The notes beneath the pieces were generated by a model, which had not been told where the DNA came from, did no database searches, and saw only the letters and a list, made by a program, of their open reading frames with translations. Shown here in pieces: positions 26,764 to 50,272 of a stretch of DNA of 64,000 nucleotides; the first letter of the stretch is position 1, and each line of letters begins with the position of its first letter. Both the position numbers and the translations under genes were made by a program. The stretch comes from the human T2T-CHM13v2.0 reference genome, Homo sapiens: positions 62,208,001 to 62,272,000 of the forward strand of contig CP086569.2 of NCBI GenBank assembly GCA_009914755.4, read 5' to 3'.

Positions 26764-27786
26764 ATGGGGAGAAACCAGAGCAGAAAAGTGGAAAATTCTA
26801 AAAATGAGAATTCCCCATCTCCTCCAAAGGATCACAGCTACTCACCAGCAATGGAACAAAGTTGGACGAAGAATGACTTTGATGAGCTGACAGAACTAGG
26901 CTTCAGAAAGTCGGTAATAACAAACTTCTCCGAGCTAAAGGAGGATGTTCGAACCCATCGCAAAGAAGCTAAAAACGTTGAAAAAAGATTAGACGAATGG
27001 CTAACTAGAAAAAACAGTGTAGAGAAGACCTTAAATGATCTGATGGAGGTGAAAACCATGACACAAGAACTACATGATGCATACACAAGCTTAAGTAGCC
27101 GATTCAATCAAGTGGAAGAAAGGGTATCAGTGATTGAAGATCAAATTAATGAAATAAAGTGAGAAGAGAAGTATAGAGAAAAAAGAGTAAAAAGAAACAA
27201 ACAAAGCCTCCAAGAAATATGGGACTACGTGAAAAGACCAAATCTACGTTTGATTGGTATACCTGAAAGTGACGGGGAGAATGGAACCAAGCTGGAAAAC
27301 ACTCTTCAGGGTATTATCCAGGAGAACTTCCCCAACCTAGCAATGCAGGCCAACATTCAAATTCAGGAAATAACAGAGAACACCACAAAGATACTCCTCA
27401 AGAAGAGCAACTCCAAGACATGTAATTGTCAGATTCACCAAGGTTGACATGAAAGAAAAAACGTTAAGGGCAGCCAGAGAGAAAGGTCGGGTTATCCACA
27501 AAGGGAAGCCCATCAGACTAACAGCAGATCTCTTGGCAGAAACTCTACAAGCCAGAAGAGAGTGGGGGGCCAATATTCAACATTTTTAAAGAATTTTCAA
27601 CCCAGAATTGCATGTCCAGCCAAACTAAGCTTCATAAGTGAAGGAGAAATAAAATCCTTTACAGACAAGCAAATGTTGAGAGATTTTGTCACCACCAGGC
27701 CTGCCTTACAGGAGCTCCTGAAGGAAACACTAAACATGGAAAGGAACAATCAGTACCAGCCACTGCAAAAGCATGCCAAATTCTAA
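26764..27786 (+). pseudogene. L1 ORF1 (ORF1p), disrupted into 132, 72 and 74-aa ORFs by stops or frameshifts
   Basis: ORF 26764-27162 reads MGRNQSRKVENSKNENSPSPPKDHSYSPAMEQSWTKNDFDELTELGFRKS… Later pieces read RPNLRLIGIPESDGENGTKLENTLQGIIQENFPNLA and ARISFISEGEIKSFTDKQMLRDFVTTRPALQELLKETLNMERNNQYQPLQKHAK. All are ORF1p-homologous but not in one frame. Confidence 0.85.
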
Positions 27787-27849
27787 AGATCATCGATGCT
27801 AGGAAGAAACTGCATCAACTAATGGGCAAAATAACCAGCTAACATCATA

Positions 27850-31704
<3,855 letters not shown>

Positions 31705-31947
31705 ACAATCAGAACACTTGGACACAGGGCGGGGAACATCACACACCGGGGCCTGTCGTTGGGTGGGAGCATGGGGGAGGGATAGCATTAGGAGAAATAC
31801 CTAATGTAAATGATGAGTTAATAGGTGCAGCAAACCAACATGGCACATGTATACATATGTAATAAACCTGCATGTTTTGCACATGTACTCTAGAACTTAA
31901 AGTATAATAATAAAATAATAAGTAAAAAAATAAATAAAAATAAAAAT

Positions 31948-33830
<1,883 letters not shown>

Positions 33831-36800
33831 TTTTAATGTTAAGTGATAAAAAGTCCACTGCTTTTCTTGCTACACCAGAAATTGAAAACACAAGTTATTT
33901 CCAGAGGTCAAACAGGTAAAATAACTGTAAGTTTTCCAGGTATAAGAAAATAGGGAATGGTAAAGACTGTGTTTGAATTATAGTGTGTGTCCTAACCGAA
34001 GACATTCAAAACCAATTAAAAACAAAGAAGCAAGACTGTGTGTACACACACACATGCACACACACACACTCTGAAGCCCCCCACACTGTATGTTGTTTTT
34101 AGATTATTTTATGTAATCATATAACTTCAACTACCATGTGAATTTTCTTTTAATGACTGCTACCCAGATCTTACCTTGAAGTTCAAACGTATTATCCTCA
34201 CATGCCTTCTGGATATCTCCAACTATATTTTTCATTGGTATTTAAAAGCTTAACATGACCAAAAATGAAGTAAACTGTATGGCCATCTTTTGGGCCTGAG
34301 AAACAGTCCCATAGGCTATGCCCAGTCTGAGGCTGGTAAGCAACCATGGGTTCATGCCCCCAGCTGGAGAAACAACCCTGTAGCTCCATCCCCAGGGAGT
34401 CAGACTCTAAGTTGGCTGACCCGCCATGTGCACACCTCACCACTGACCTGAGAAACAGCCTGATGAGCTGTTTCTAAAAAAGCAAAGCCACACCAGTACT
34501 GCCAGTACAAACTCTCTTAGCCTAGACCAATGAGACCCTTGCAAACATCACCGGTGTGGATTACAGCTAAAGAAACTACATGGAGACTATATTACTGCAT
34601 CCACCCAGAACCAACCCAACACACCCCACTGACCTGATCTATATGAATAAGATTATATCTTATTCAAGACCTCAAGACTCATCTATATGAATATATCTTT
34701 CCCTACAAAACCTACTCCATAAAATTGGAAGAGGTGACTTTTCCACCAGATGTGTACAAATTGACATAGGGACACATCAAACATGAAAAAGCATAGAAAC
34801 ATGACACCTCCAAGGGAACATAATAATTCTCCAGTAACAGACCCCAATCATAAGGAAATATATAAAATGTGAGAAAAAAATTCAAAATAATAATCTTAAG
34901 AAACCTCAATGAGATATAAGAGAATACAGGTAGACAATACAAAAAATCAGGAAAATAATTCATGTCTTGAATGACAAATTCAACACAGCGATAGATATCA
35001 TAAAAATGAACAAAACAGAAATCCCAGAGGTGAAGAATTCAATGAATAAAATTTAAAAAAAAGACAATTGAGGGCTTCAACAACAGATAAGACCAAGCAG
35101 AAGAAAGGAGTTCAGAGGAACTTCTGAACTTAAAGACAGGTGTTTTCAAATAACAGAGGTAGACAAAAAAAAAAGAGAATAAAGAAAGCATACAGAATGT
35201 ATGGGACAGTATTAAGCAAACAAATATTCAAATTATTGACATTCCATAAAAAGAAGGGGGGGGAAAAGGTGTATAAATATGTTTCATGAAATAATAGCTG
35301 AAAACTTCACAAGCCTTGGGAGATGGCCATCCTGAACCAGGAAACTCAAAGGTTGCCAAACAGATTAAACCTAAACAGATTCTCTGCAAGCCACATAATG
35401 TTCAAATTGTTGAAAGTTAAAGACAAAACAATAATTCTAAAAACAGCAAGAGAAGAACATCAAGTCACATATAAAGGAACCCTCATTAGACTAATAGTGG
35501 CTTTCTCAGCAAAAAATCTTACAGGCCAGAAGAGGATAGGATGATATTTTCAAAATACTGGAAAAAGAAACCGCCAGGAAAGAATAATATACACGGAAAA
35601 GCTATCCTTCAGAAATGAAGAAGAAATAAAATCTTTGATAAACAAAAATTAAAGGAACACATCAACACTAGACCAGTATTAAAAGAAATGCTCAAGGGAA
35701 TCTGACTTCTAGAAATCAAAAGACCATAACCACCATTATGAAAACATGCAAAACTGCAAAACTCACTAGTAGAGATGACACACAGAGAAAACAATCAAAC
35801 TTTATAACTACAGAAAACCACCCAACCACAAAAATAAACAATAAGAGAAGTAAAGAACAAAGGATATACAAAACAACCAGAAAAAAAATCAATAAAATAA
35901 CATAAGTCCTCATCTACCAATAATAACCTTGGATGTAAATGGATTAAATTCCCCACTTAAAAGATATAGACTGGCTGAAGGAATTTTTTAAAGACCCACC
36001 TGGATGCTACCTAAAAGAAACTCTCACCACCAGGAAGACACAGACTAAATGGGAAGAGTTGAAAAAATATATTTTAAACAGCTTGAGAAGGCAGAACAAG
36101 ATAGCCAAATATAACCCTCCAGCAATCATCCTCCTACCGGAAAACCAAATTAAATGACTATCCATGCAAGAAAGCATCTTCATAAGAACCAAAAATCAGG
36201 TGAGCAATTATAGTACCTGGTTTTAAAATAATATCAAGAAAAGAGGCACTGCAAAAGATATAAAATACAGTCTTACATTGCCTACACCACCCCTTCTCCA
36301 TCCCCCAGCAGCACACGAAGAGAGAATTTGTGTGCTTGGGGAAGCAAGAAAGAAGTGATTGTGGCACTGAGTTCCCACACTGAGTTCCAATGCTGCCCTG
36401 TTACAGCAGAACACAACACAGAGCAGAATCCTTCCAGTGCCCATGGAGGGAGCATTTAAACTAGCCCCAGCCAAAAGGGAATTCTCTGCCCCAGTGATAA
36501 AAACCCAAGTTTTGGCTAGCTCCACTGCTGGCCAATTAAAGTACCCTTTGCTCCTCAATAGGTTTAAAAGGCAGTCAGGCTACAAGAACTGCAGCCCTTG
36601 AGCAATTTCAGGTGCTGCACTGTGCTCAGAGCCAGTGAAATGGGAGTGCATATGAACCAGTGAGACATTAGCTGTGGCAGCCAAGGGAGTGCTTGTGTCA
36701 ACCCTCCCCCAACTCCAGGCAGTGCAACTCAGGGAGTGACTCCTGCTTCCATAAGGAGAGGGAAGAGCACAGAGGACTTTGTCTTGCAACATGGGTACCA

Positions 36801-37554
36801 GGAAAGCCACAGTTAAATAAAGCACAGAACAGATTCCTGAAGCCCCTGATTCCAGGCCCTAGTTCCTGGATAGCATTTCTAGACCCACCCTGGGCCAGAA
36901 GGGAACCTACTGCACTGAAGAGAAAGACCCAGTCCTGGCAGGATTCACCACCTGTGGAATAATGAGCCCTTGGGCCTTGAATAAACATCAGTGTTAGACA
37001 GGCAGTATCATCATGGTCCTTGGGCGAGACCCAGTACTATGTTGACTTCAGGTGTGATCCAGTGCGGTCTCAGCTGTGGTGGCCAGAGTATTGCTTGCAT
37101 CACCCTTTCCCCAACTCCAGGCATACCAGCATGGAGAGAGAGAGAGAGACTCCTTCTGTTGGGGGAAAGTGAAGGAAGAGAACTAGAGACTGCCTGGAGA
37201 ATTCTCCTGGATCTCGTCCAAGTGCACCAAGGCAGTAAGAGCCTGCAAAAGTTGCAGCATTGCTGGGGTTAGGGAGCCCCCTAGTGCAGATATGGTTGCA
37301 ATGACCAAAGACTTAGATCACAACCCTTTGAATTCCTGGAAAGCCTTGTCAAGAAGGACAAGTACATACAAGCCCAGACTGTGAAGACTAGAATAAATAC
37401 CTAATTGATGAATATTCACAAGCATCAAGAACATGTAGGAAAACATGACCTCACCAAACAAACTAAATAAGGCACCAGTGACAAATCCCAGAATAACAGA
37501 GCTATGTGACATTTCAGCAAAGGATTCAAAATAGCTGCTTTTTTTGGCAGGGGA

Positions 37555-37845
37555 GGGGGGGTGTATTGCTCTGCCGCCTAGGCTGGAGTACAGTGGTGTG
37601 ATAATAGTTCACTGTAGTCTCGAACTCCTGGGCTCAAATGATCCTCCCACCTCACCCTCCCGAGTAGCTGAGACTAGAGGTACACACCACCATGCCTGGC
37701 TAACATTTTTTAAAAATTTTGTAGACATAGGGTCTTGCTATGTTGCCCAGACTGGCCTCAAACTCCAGTTCTCAGGCAACCTTCCCATCTTGGCCTCCCA
37801 TAGTACTGGGATTATAAGCATGAGTCACTGCATCCGGCTCAAAAT
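37555..37845 (-). mobile_element. old Alu (J-type), antisense, nested in the L1M
   Basis: …ctctgccgcctaggctggagtacagtggtgtgataatagttcactgtagtctcgaactcctgggctcaaatgatcctcccacctcaccctcccgagtagctgagactagaggtacacaccaccatgcctggctaac…ggattataagcatgagtcactgcatccggc. Confidence 0.8.
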
Positions 37846-39109
37846 AACTGTTTTGAGGAAATTCAACAAATTTCAAGATAACACAGAGAAGGAATTCAGA
37901 ATCCTATCAAAGAAATTTAACAAAGAGATTGAAATAATTTTTGAAAATCAAGCAAAAGTTCTAGAGCAGAAATATTCAATTGACACACTGAAAAATGCAC
38001 CAGAGTCTCTCCACAGCAGAATTGATCAAGCAGAAGAAAGAATTAGTAAGGTCAAACAGAGGCTATAAGAAAACACAGAGAAGAAAAAAAAACAATAAAA
38101 AAAGTGAAGCATGGCTACAAGATGTAGAAAATAGCCTCAAAAGGGCAAATTTAAGATATACTTGTCTTAGAGAGGAGGTAGAGAGAGAAACTGGGGTAAA
38201 AAGTTAATTCAAAGAAATAATAACAAAGAGCATTCCAAACCTAGAGAAAGATATCAGTGTTCATGTACAAGAAGGTCACATAAAACCAGGCAGGGTTAAA
38301 CTAAATGAGACAACCTCTAGGCATTTAGTAATTAAGCTCCCAAAGGTCAAAGATGAAAACATAATCCTAAAAGCAACAATAGAAAAGAAACAAATATAGC
38401 ATAAAGAAGTAGCAATATGTCTGGCAGCAGATGTCTCAGTGGAAACCTTGCAGGCTACAAGAGACTGCTATGACATATTCAAAGTGCTGAAGGAAAAAAA
38501 CTTTTATCCTAGAATATTATATCCAGCAAAAATATCCTTCAAACATAAAGGAGAAATGAAGACTTTCTTGGACCAAAAAAAAACTAAGGGAATTCATCAA
38601 GTACACACATGAGCTACAAAAAAAAATGCTAAAGAGAGTTCTTCAATCTTAAAGAAAAGGATCCTAATAAGCAATAAGAAGTCATATGAACATACAAAAC
38701 TCACCGGTAGTAGTAAGTACGCAGACAAATATAGAATAATCTAACACTGTAATGGTGTGTAAACCACTCACATCTTGAGTAGGAAGACTAAAAGACAAAC
38801 CTATAAAAATAATAACTACAACAATGTTTTAAGAGATAGTATTAAAAGTCATAACTATAAACAACAAAAATTAAAAATCTGGGAGGGGATGGTGTTAAAG
38901 TGTATAGTTTTTATTAGTGTTCACTTTCCTTCTTTGTTTATTTGTTGTGCTTTTCTGTAATCACAGTTTAGTTGTCATCAGTTTAAAATGATTGGTTATA
39001 AGATGTTATTTCAAGACTCATGGTACCTCAAACCAAAAAATCTACAGATACACAATAAATAAAAAGCAAGAAATTAAAACCTACTACCAGAGAAAATCTC
39101 TTTTACACA

Positions 39110-39300
39110 AAGAAGGAAGGAAGGAAGAAAGGAGGAGGAGAAGCAGAAGAAGGAGAAGGAGAAGGGGAAGGGGAAGGAGAAGGAGAAGGGGAAGGGGAAG
39201 GAGAAGGAGAAGGGGAAGGAGAACGAGGGGAAGGGGAAGAGGAAGGGGAAAAGAGAGGGAGGGAGGGAGGGGATGGAGGGAGGGGGAGAGGGAGAGAGGA
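39110..39300. repeat. purine-rich (GGAGAA)n/(GGGGAA)n/(GGGAG)n microsatellite, about 190 bp
   Basis: aaggaaggaaggaagaaaggaggaggagaagcagaagaaggagaaggagaaggggaaggggaaggagaaggagaaggggaagg…gggagggagggaggggatggagggagggggagagggagagagg. The minus strand is entirely pyrimidine. Confidence 0.9.
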
Positions 39301-41142
39301 ACACTAAACAGCCAGAAAACAAAAAACAAAATAGCAATAGTAAGTCTTTGCCTATCAATAACATTGAATGTAAATGAACTAAAATCTTGAATGAATTTTT
39401 TAAAAGACCCAACTATATGGTACCTACAAGAAACTCATTTTACCTGTATAGATACACACAGACTGAAAATAAAGGGCTGGAAAAAGATATTCTATGAAAA
39501 TAAAAACCAAAAAAGGAGCACAAATACCTATACTTTTTATCAGATAAAATAGATTTCAAGACAAAAACTATAAAAACAGACTAAAAAGGTCATTATATAA
39601 TGATAAACAGGTCACTTCAGCAAGAGAATATAATAACTGTAAATATATATATGCACCCAACACTGGAGCACTCAGACACAGAAAGCAAATTTTATTAGAG
39701 TTTTAAGAGAGAGATAGACTCCTCCAATACAATAATAGCTGGAGACCTTAACACACAGCTTTCAGCATTGGGCAGATCATCCAGATAGAAAATCAGCAAA
39801 GAAATATTGAACTTAATCTGCATAATAAATCAAAAGGATCTCATAAATCTTTACACAACGTTTTATCCAAGAGCTGCAGAATACACTTTCTTCTGAGAAC
39901 ATGGATCATTCTCAAGGACAGACCTATGTTAAGCCACAAAACAAGTCTTAAAAACCTCAGTAAAACTAAGATAGTATCAAGTATCTGACCACAATAAAAT
40001 AAAACTAGACATCAATAACAAGAACTTTAGGAACCATGCAAACACATGGAAATAAAACAATATGCTCTTAAATTACCAGTGGGTCAATGAAGAAGTTAGT
40101 AATGAAATTTTAAAATGTATTGAAGCAAATGAAAATGCAAACATAACAAACCAAAATCTATGGGACACAGAGAAAGCAGTACTAAAAGGAAAGTTTATAG
40201 CAATAAGTCCTACATCAAATAAGTAGAAAAACGACAAATAGCCAATTTTAAAATGCATCTTAAAGAATTATAAAAGCAAGAGCAAATCATATGCAAAATA
40301 TGTAGAAGAAAGGAAATCATAATAATCAGAGCAAAAATAAATGAAATTGAAACCAAAAAGCAATACAAAAGATCAACAAAACAAAAAGCTGGCTTTTTTA
40401 CAAAAATAAACAAAATTGACAAAACTTTAGCCAGATTAAGGAAAAGAGATAAGATTCAAATAAATAAAATAAGAAATTAAAAAGGAGACATTATAACTTA
40501 TACTGTAGTAATTCAAAGGATCATTAGAGACTATTTTGAGCAATTATATGCCAATAAATTGAAAAACCTAGAAGAAATTGATAAATTCCTACACACATAC
40601 AACCTAGCAAGATGGAACCATGAAGAAATCCAGAACCTGAATAGACCAATAACAAGTAATGACATCAAAGCCATAATAAAACATCTCTCATCAAAGAAAA
40701 GCTCAGGATCCAATGGCTTAACTGTTGGATTCTACCAAACATTTAAAGAAGAACTAACACCAAACATAATCAAACTATTCCAAAAAATTGAGGAGGAGAG
40801 ATTACTTTCAAACTCATGCTATGAGGCCGGTATTACCCTGATACCAAAACTAAAGACACAACCAATAAAGAAAACTACAGGCCAGTATATCTCTGATGAA
40901 CACAGATGCACATGTCCTCAACAAAATCCTAGTAAAACAAATTCAACAACACATTAAAAAGATTATTCACTATAACAAAGTGGGATCAACCCAGGGGTAA
41001 AGAATGGTTCCACATATGCAAATCAATCAGTGTGATACATTATATCAACAGAATGAAGAACAAAAACCATATGATCTTTTCAACTGATGCTGAAAAAGTA
41101 TTTGATAAAATTCAACATCCCTTCATGATAAAAACTCTCAGG

Positions 41143-41389
<247 letters not shown>

Positions 41390-43399
41390 TTAACTGTAAA
41401 TGATATACAAAAGAAATCAAGAAAATAATCCCATCTATAATAGCTATAAATAAAATAAGATAAAATACCTAGGGATATACTTAACCAAAGAAGTGAAGGA
41501 AATCTACAATTAAAACTATAAAACATTGATAAAAGAAATTGAAGAGAACAAAAATTGTAATATATCCCATGCTCATAGATTAGAAAAATCAATATTGTTA
41601 AAATGTCCATACTACCCAAAGCAATCTACAAATTCAAGGCAATCCCTATGAAAATACCAACGACATTCTTCACAGAAATAGAAAAAAAATTCTAAAATTT
41701 ATATGGAGCCACAAAAGACCTAGACTAGCCAAAATCATCCTAAGGAAAAAGAGCAAAACTGGAGAAATCACATTACCAGACTTCAAATTATACTACAGAG
41801 ATTTAGTTACCAAAACAACATGGTGCTGGCATAAAAGCAGATACATAGACCAATGGAACAGAATGCAGAACCCAGAACTTAATCCACACATTTACAGTAA
41901 ACTCCGTTTTAACAAAAGTGTCAAGAACATATATTGGGGGAAAGACAGTCTCTTGAACAAATGGTGCTGGGAAAACTAGATATCTCTATGTAGAAGAAAG
42001 AAACTAGACCCTTATCTTTTGCCACGTATAAAAATCAAATCAAAATGGACTAAAGACTTAAATCTAAGCCCTGCAATTATGAAACTAGTAAAAGAAAACA
42101 TTGAGGAAACCTACCAGGACATAGATCTGGGCAAAGATTTCTTGAGTAATACCTTAGAAGCACAGGCAACCAAAGCAAAAATAGACAAGTGGGATTACAT
42201 CAAGCGAAAATGCTTCTTCACAGCCAAGGAAACAGTCAACAAAGTGAAGAGAAACCCACAGAATGGGAGAAAGTATTTGCAAGTAACCTATCTGACAAAG
42301 GAGTAATAACTAGACTACATAAAGAGCTCAAACAACTCAATAGCAAAAAATCTAATAATCCAGCTTCAAAATGGGCAAACGATCTGAATAGACAAGTCTC
42401 AAAAGAAGGTATACAAATGGCTAAGAAGTATATGAAAAAAATGCTCAATTTCGTCAATAATCAGAGAAATCCTAATCAAAACCACAATGAGATATCATCT
42501 CACCCAGTTAAAATGTCTTTTTTCCAAAAGACAGGCAGTAACAAATGTTGGCAAGGATGTGAAGAAAGTGAAACCCACATACACTGTTGGCAGGGATGTA
42601 AATTAGGACAGCCACTATTGAGAACAATATGGAGGTTTCTCAGAAAAACTTAAAATAGAACTACCATATGATACAGCATTTCCACTGCTAAGTATATATC
42701 TAAAAAGAGGTAATCAGGATATTGAAGAGATATCTACACTCCCATATTCATTGCAGCCCTATTCGCAATAGGTAAGATTTGGAATCAACCTAAGTGTACA
42801 TATATGAATAAAATGGACAAAGAAAGTGTAGTACATATATGCAAAATAGAATATTATTCAGCTGTGAAAAAGAATAAAATCCTGTCATTTGCAACAACAT
42901 GTATGGAACTGGAAGACATTATGTTAAGTGAAATAAGCCAGGCACAGAAAGACTAATTTCACAAGTTCTCACTCACATGTAGCTAAAAATTAAAACAATT
43001 GAACTCGTAGACACAGAGAGTAGAATAATGATTATCAGAGGCTGGGAAGGGTAGTGGAGGGGAAATGAGGATGGTTAATGGGTGCACAAAAATAGATAGA
43101 ATGAATAACATCTAACATTTGATAGCTCAACAGGGTGATTATAGTCAAAAATAATTTACTCTGTATTTTAAAATAATAAAAAGAGTGAGATTGGAATGTT
43201 CCTAACACAAATAAATGATCAGTGCTTCGGGTGATGGATATTCCAACTACCCTGGTATGATTATTATACATTATATGCCTATTTCAGAACGTCACATGTA
43301 CCCCATGAATATTTATGTCTATTATACCAAAAATAACTAAAATGTAAACATTTTAATAAAAAAGATATTTCACATAAATGAAAATGAAAAGCAAGCAGT

Positions 43400-44788
43400 A
43401 GTAGCTATACTTTTATCAGACAAGTAAATATCAAGTCAAAGATGAAAAAGAGACAAAGAAGAACATTAGATCATAAGCCTATCAATTTAGCAAGAGAATA
43501 TAACAACTAAACATATATGCACCAAACACTGGACCACCCAGATATATAAAGCATACCTTACTAGATCTAAAGGAAGAGATAGATTCCAATATAATAATAC
43601 ACCCCACTCTCAACATTGGACAGATTATCTAGACTGAAAATCAACAAAGAATAATAGGATTTAAACTGGACCATATATCAAATGGACGTAACAAGCATTT
43701 ACAGAGCATTTCTTTCAACAACTGCAGAATTCACATTGTTTTGTTAGCATATGGAACATTCCCCAGGCTTGAAGATATGTTAGGACAAAAAACAAGTATG
43801 AGAAAAAAATTTTTAATCAAAATTATACCAAGTATCTTGTCTGACCACATGTAATAAAATGAAATCAATAACAAGAGGAACATTTGAAAATATACAAACA
43901 CATGGAAATTAAACAACAGGCTCTTGAACAACCAATGGGAGGAGGAAGAAATTAAGAATAAAAATTTAAAATTCCTTGAAACAAATGAAATTAGAAACAC
44001 ATACCAAAACCAATGGACAGCAAAAACAGTTTTAAGATGCACATTTATAGCAATAATAACCTACCTCAAAAAACTAAAAACAACTTAGCAATGTATCTCA
44101 AGGAACAAGAAAATCAAAACAAAAAAACTCAAAATTAGTAAAAGGAAAGAAACAATAAAGATCAGATTATAAATAAACAAAACTGAGACTAAAAAACAAT
44201 ACAAAATATCAACAAAATGAAAAGGTTTTTTTAAAGAGAGAAACAAAATCAACAAAACATTAGCCTGACTAAGAAAAAAAGAGAGAAGACCCAAATAAAT
44301 AACGCATAACACAGAAATACAAAAGATCATCATAGACTACTATGAACTACTACTACGAACTACTACTACTAGGCTAAGAAATAGGAAAACCTAGAAGAAA
44401 ATTGATTGATTATTCTTGGGTACATACAACCTACAAGGATGTGAATCAAGAAGAAATAGAAAACCTGAACAGACCAATAACAAGTTATGAGATTGAATCA
44501 GTAATAAGCCTCTCAACAAAGAAAAATTCAGAAGCGAATGACTTCACCACTGAATTGCACCAAATCTTTAAAGAAGAATTAATACCAATTCTTTCAAAGT
44601 ATTCTAAAAATTGAAATAGAGGACACTCTTTCTAACTCATTCTACAAGGCCAGTGTAACCAAAAACCAGACAAGGACACAGTAAAAACAAAAAACTACAG
44701 GCCAATATCCTCGATGAACATAGATTTTTAAATCCTCCACAGAATACTAATAAACTGAATCCAACAATACATCAAAAAGATAATACAC
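43400..44788 (+). mobile_element. old L1 (L1M-type) ORF2 5' half (endonuclease into RT), 3'-truncated by an Alu
   Basis: …ctatcaatttagcaagagaatataacaactaaacatatatgcaccaaacactggaccacccagatatataaag…ttacagagcatttctttcaacaactgcagaattcacattg…tacatacaacctacaaggatgtgaatcaagaagaaatagaaaacctgaacagaccaataacaagttatgagattgaatcagtaataag…. Confidence 0.7.
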
Positions 44789-46782
<1,994 letters not shown>

Positions 46783-46858
46783 CCTAAACCTCTTTTCTTT
46801 ATAAATTACCCAGTCTCAAGTGTTTCTTTATGGCAATGCAAGAACAGCCTAACACAGT
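46783..46858 (+). mobile_element. MaLR LTR 3'-end fragment (THE1/MST-like)
   Basis: agcctaaacctcttttctttataaattacccagtctcaagtgtttctttatggcaatgcaagaacagcctaacaca versus the THE1 end …CATTAAACCTCTTTTCTTTATAAATTACCCAGTCTCGGGTATGTCTTTATTAGCAGTGTGAAAACGGACTAATACA. Confidence 0.7.
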
Positions 46859-47488
46859 ATTACATAATAATAAAGGATGCAATACAAGAAGAAGATTTAA
46901 CTATTCTAAATATATATGCACCCAGCATTGAGCACCCATATTCATAAAACAAGTTCTTCTTGGCCTATGAAAAGACTTAGACAACCACACAATCATAGTG
47001 GGTTCAACACCCCCCTGACAGTGTTAGACAGATCACCAATGCAGAAAACTAACAAAGAAACTGGACTTAAACTCAACCCTTGACTAATTGGGACTAATAG
47101 ATATCTACAGAACACTCCACCCAATAACCACAGAATATACATTCTTCTCATCTGCACACAGAACGTATTCTAAGATCAACCACATGTTCAGTCATAAAGC
47201 AAGTCTCAATAAATTAAAAAAAATAAAATTGTACCAAGCACACTCTCAGACCACAGTGCAATAAAAATAGAAATCAATATAAAGCAGATCTCTAAAAACT
47301 ACACAAATGCATGAAAATTAAACAACTTGCTCCTGAATGGCTCCTGAGTGAACATCAAAATTAAGGCAAAAAATTCTTTGAAATTAATGAAAATAGGGAC
47401 ATAACTTACCAAAATCTCTGGGATGCGGCTAAAGCTATGCTAAGAGAAAATGTTATAGCCCTAAACGCCTTCATCAAGAAGTTAGGAT

Positions 47489-48254
<766 letters not shown>

Positions 48255-50272
48255 CTCAAATTAACAATCTAATTTGATACCTAAAGAAACTAAGACAAAA
48301 AAAGAACAAATAAACCCCAAAGCTAGCAGAAGAAAAGAAATAAATTAGAGAACTTAAACTGAGATGCAAAAATCCATACAAAAAATCAATAAAACAAATA
48401 ATTGGCTCGAAACAATAAATAAGATTGATAGATTGCTAGCTAGATTAATAAAGAAAAAAGAAAATTCACATAAATACAATCAGAAATGACAAAGATGACG
48501 TTACATCTGATCTCACAGAAATACACAAGATCCTCAGAGAATACTATGAACAACTCTATGTACTCAAATTAGAAAATCTAGAGGAAATGGATAAATTCCT
48601 GGAAACACACAGTCTTCCAAGGTTGAATTAGGAAGTTATTAAAACCCTGAATAGACCAATATCAAACTTGGAAATTGAATCAGTAATAAAAACCTATCAA
48701 CCAATAAAAGCCCTGGACCAAATGGATTCACAGCCAAATTCTACCAGATATGTAAAGAAGAACTGGTATCAATACTACTGAAACTGTTCCAAAAAAATAG
48801 AGGAAGAGAGATATCTCCCTAACTCACTCTACGAGGTCAGCATCAGCCTAATACCAAAATCTGGCAGACATGTTGAAGAAAGAAATCTTCAGGCCAACAT
48901 CCCTGATGAAAACAGATGCAAAAATCTTCAACAAAGCACTAGCAAACCAAATTCAGCAGCACATCAAAAAGTTAATTCATCATGATTGATTAGGCTTTGT
49001 TCCTGGGATGCAAGGTTGGCTCAACATATGCAAATCAATAAATGTGATTCACTATGTAAATAGAGTTAAAAGCCAAAGCCATATGATCATCTCAATAGAC
49101 ACAGAAAGTTTTTGATAAAATCCAACATCCCTTCATGATTTAAGAAAAAAAAAACCTCAACAGGCTAGGCATTTAAAAAACATACTTCAAATTAATAAGA
49201 GCCATATATGACAAACCCACAGCCAATATCATGCTAAACAGTCAAAAGCAGGAACTATTCCCCTTGAGAAGTGGAACAAGACAAGGATGTCCACTCTCAC
49301 CACTTCTATTCAACATAGTTCTGAAAATCTTAGCCAGAGCAATTAGGCAAGAGAAAGAAATCAAAGGCATCCAAATAAGAAAAGGAGTCAAATTATCTCT
49401 CTTCACTGACAATATGATTCTATACTTAGAAAACCGTAAAGACTTTGCCAAAAAGCTACTAGAACTGATACATGATTTTAGCAAGGTTTCAGAATACAAA
49501 ATAAATGTGCAAACTCAGTAGCATTTCTATAAACCAATAACGCCCAGGCTGACAGTAAAACCAAAAGCACAATCCCATTTACAACACCCACAAATAAAAT
49601 GAAATACCAAGGAATACAGCTAACCAAGGAGGTGAAAGATCTTTACAAGGAGAACTACAAACCACTGCCGAAATAAATCAGAAATGACACAAATAAGTGT
49701 AAAAACATTCCATGCTCATGGATTGGAAGAATCAATATTGTTAAAATGACCATACTGCCCAAAGCAATTTACAGATTCAACACTATTCCTATCAAACTAT
49801 TGACATCATTATTCACAGAATTAGGGGAAAAAACTATTCTAAAATTTATATGGAACTAAAAAAGAGCATGGATAGCCAAAGCAATCTGAAGCAAAAAGAA
49901 CAGCACACTACCCAACTTTATGCTACAGGGCTACAGTAACCAAAACACCATGGTACTGGCTCAAAAACAGACACATAAAACAATGGATCAGAACAGAAAA
50001 CTCATAAATAAAGCCACACACCTACAACCACCAGATCTTCAAAAAGGCCAACAAAAATAAGCAATGGAGAAAGGGCTCCCTATTAAATAAATGGTGCTGG
50101 GATAACAGGCTATCCATCTACAGAAGAATGAAAACTATACCCTTACTTTTCATCATATTCAAAAAATAACTCAAGGGATTAAAGATTTAAATGTAAGACC
50201 TCAAAGTATAAAAATCCTAGAAAACCTAGGAAATACCCTTCTCAACATCTGCCTTGGCAAAGAATTTATGGC

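Noticed and set aside
38992-39412. ORFs encoding poly-Arg/Gly or poly-Pro/Leu/Ser peptides (132, 112 and 81 aa)
   Set aside because: These are translations of the (GGAGAA)n microsatellite and carry no biological meaning.
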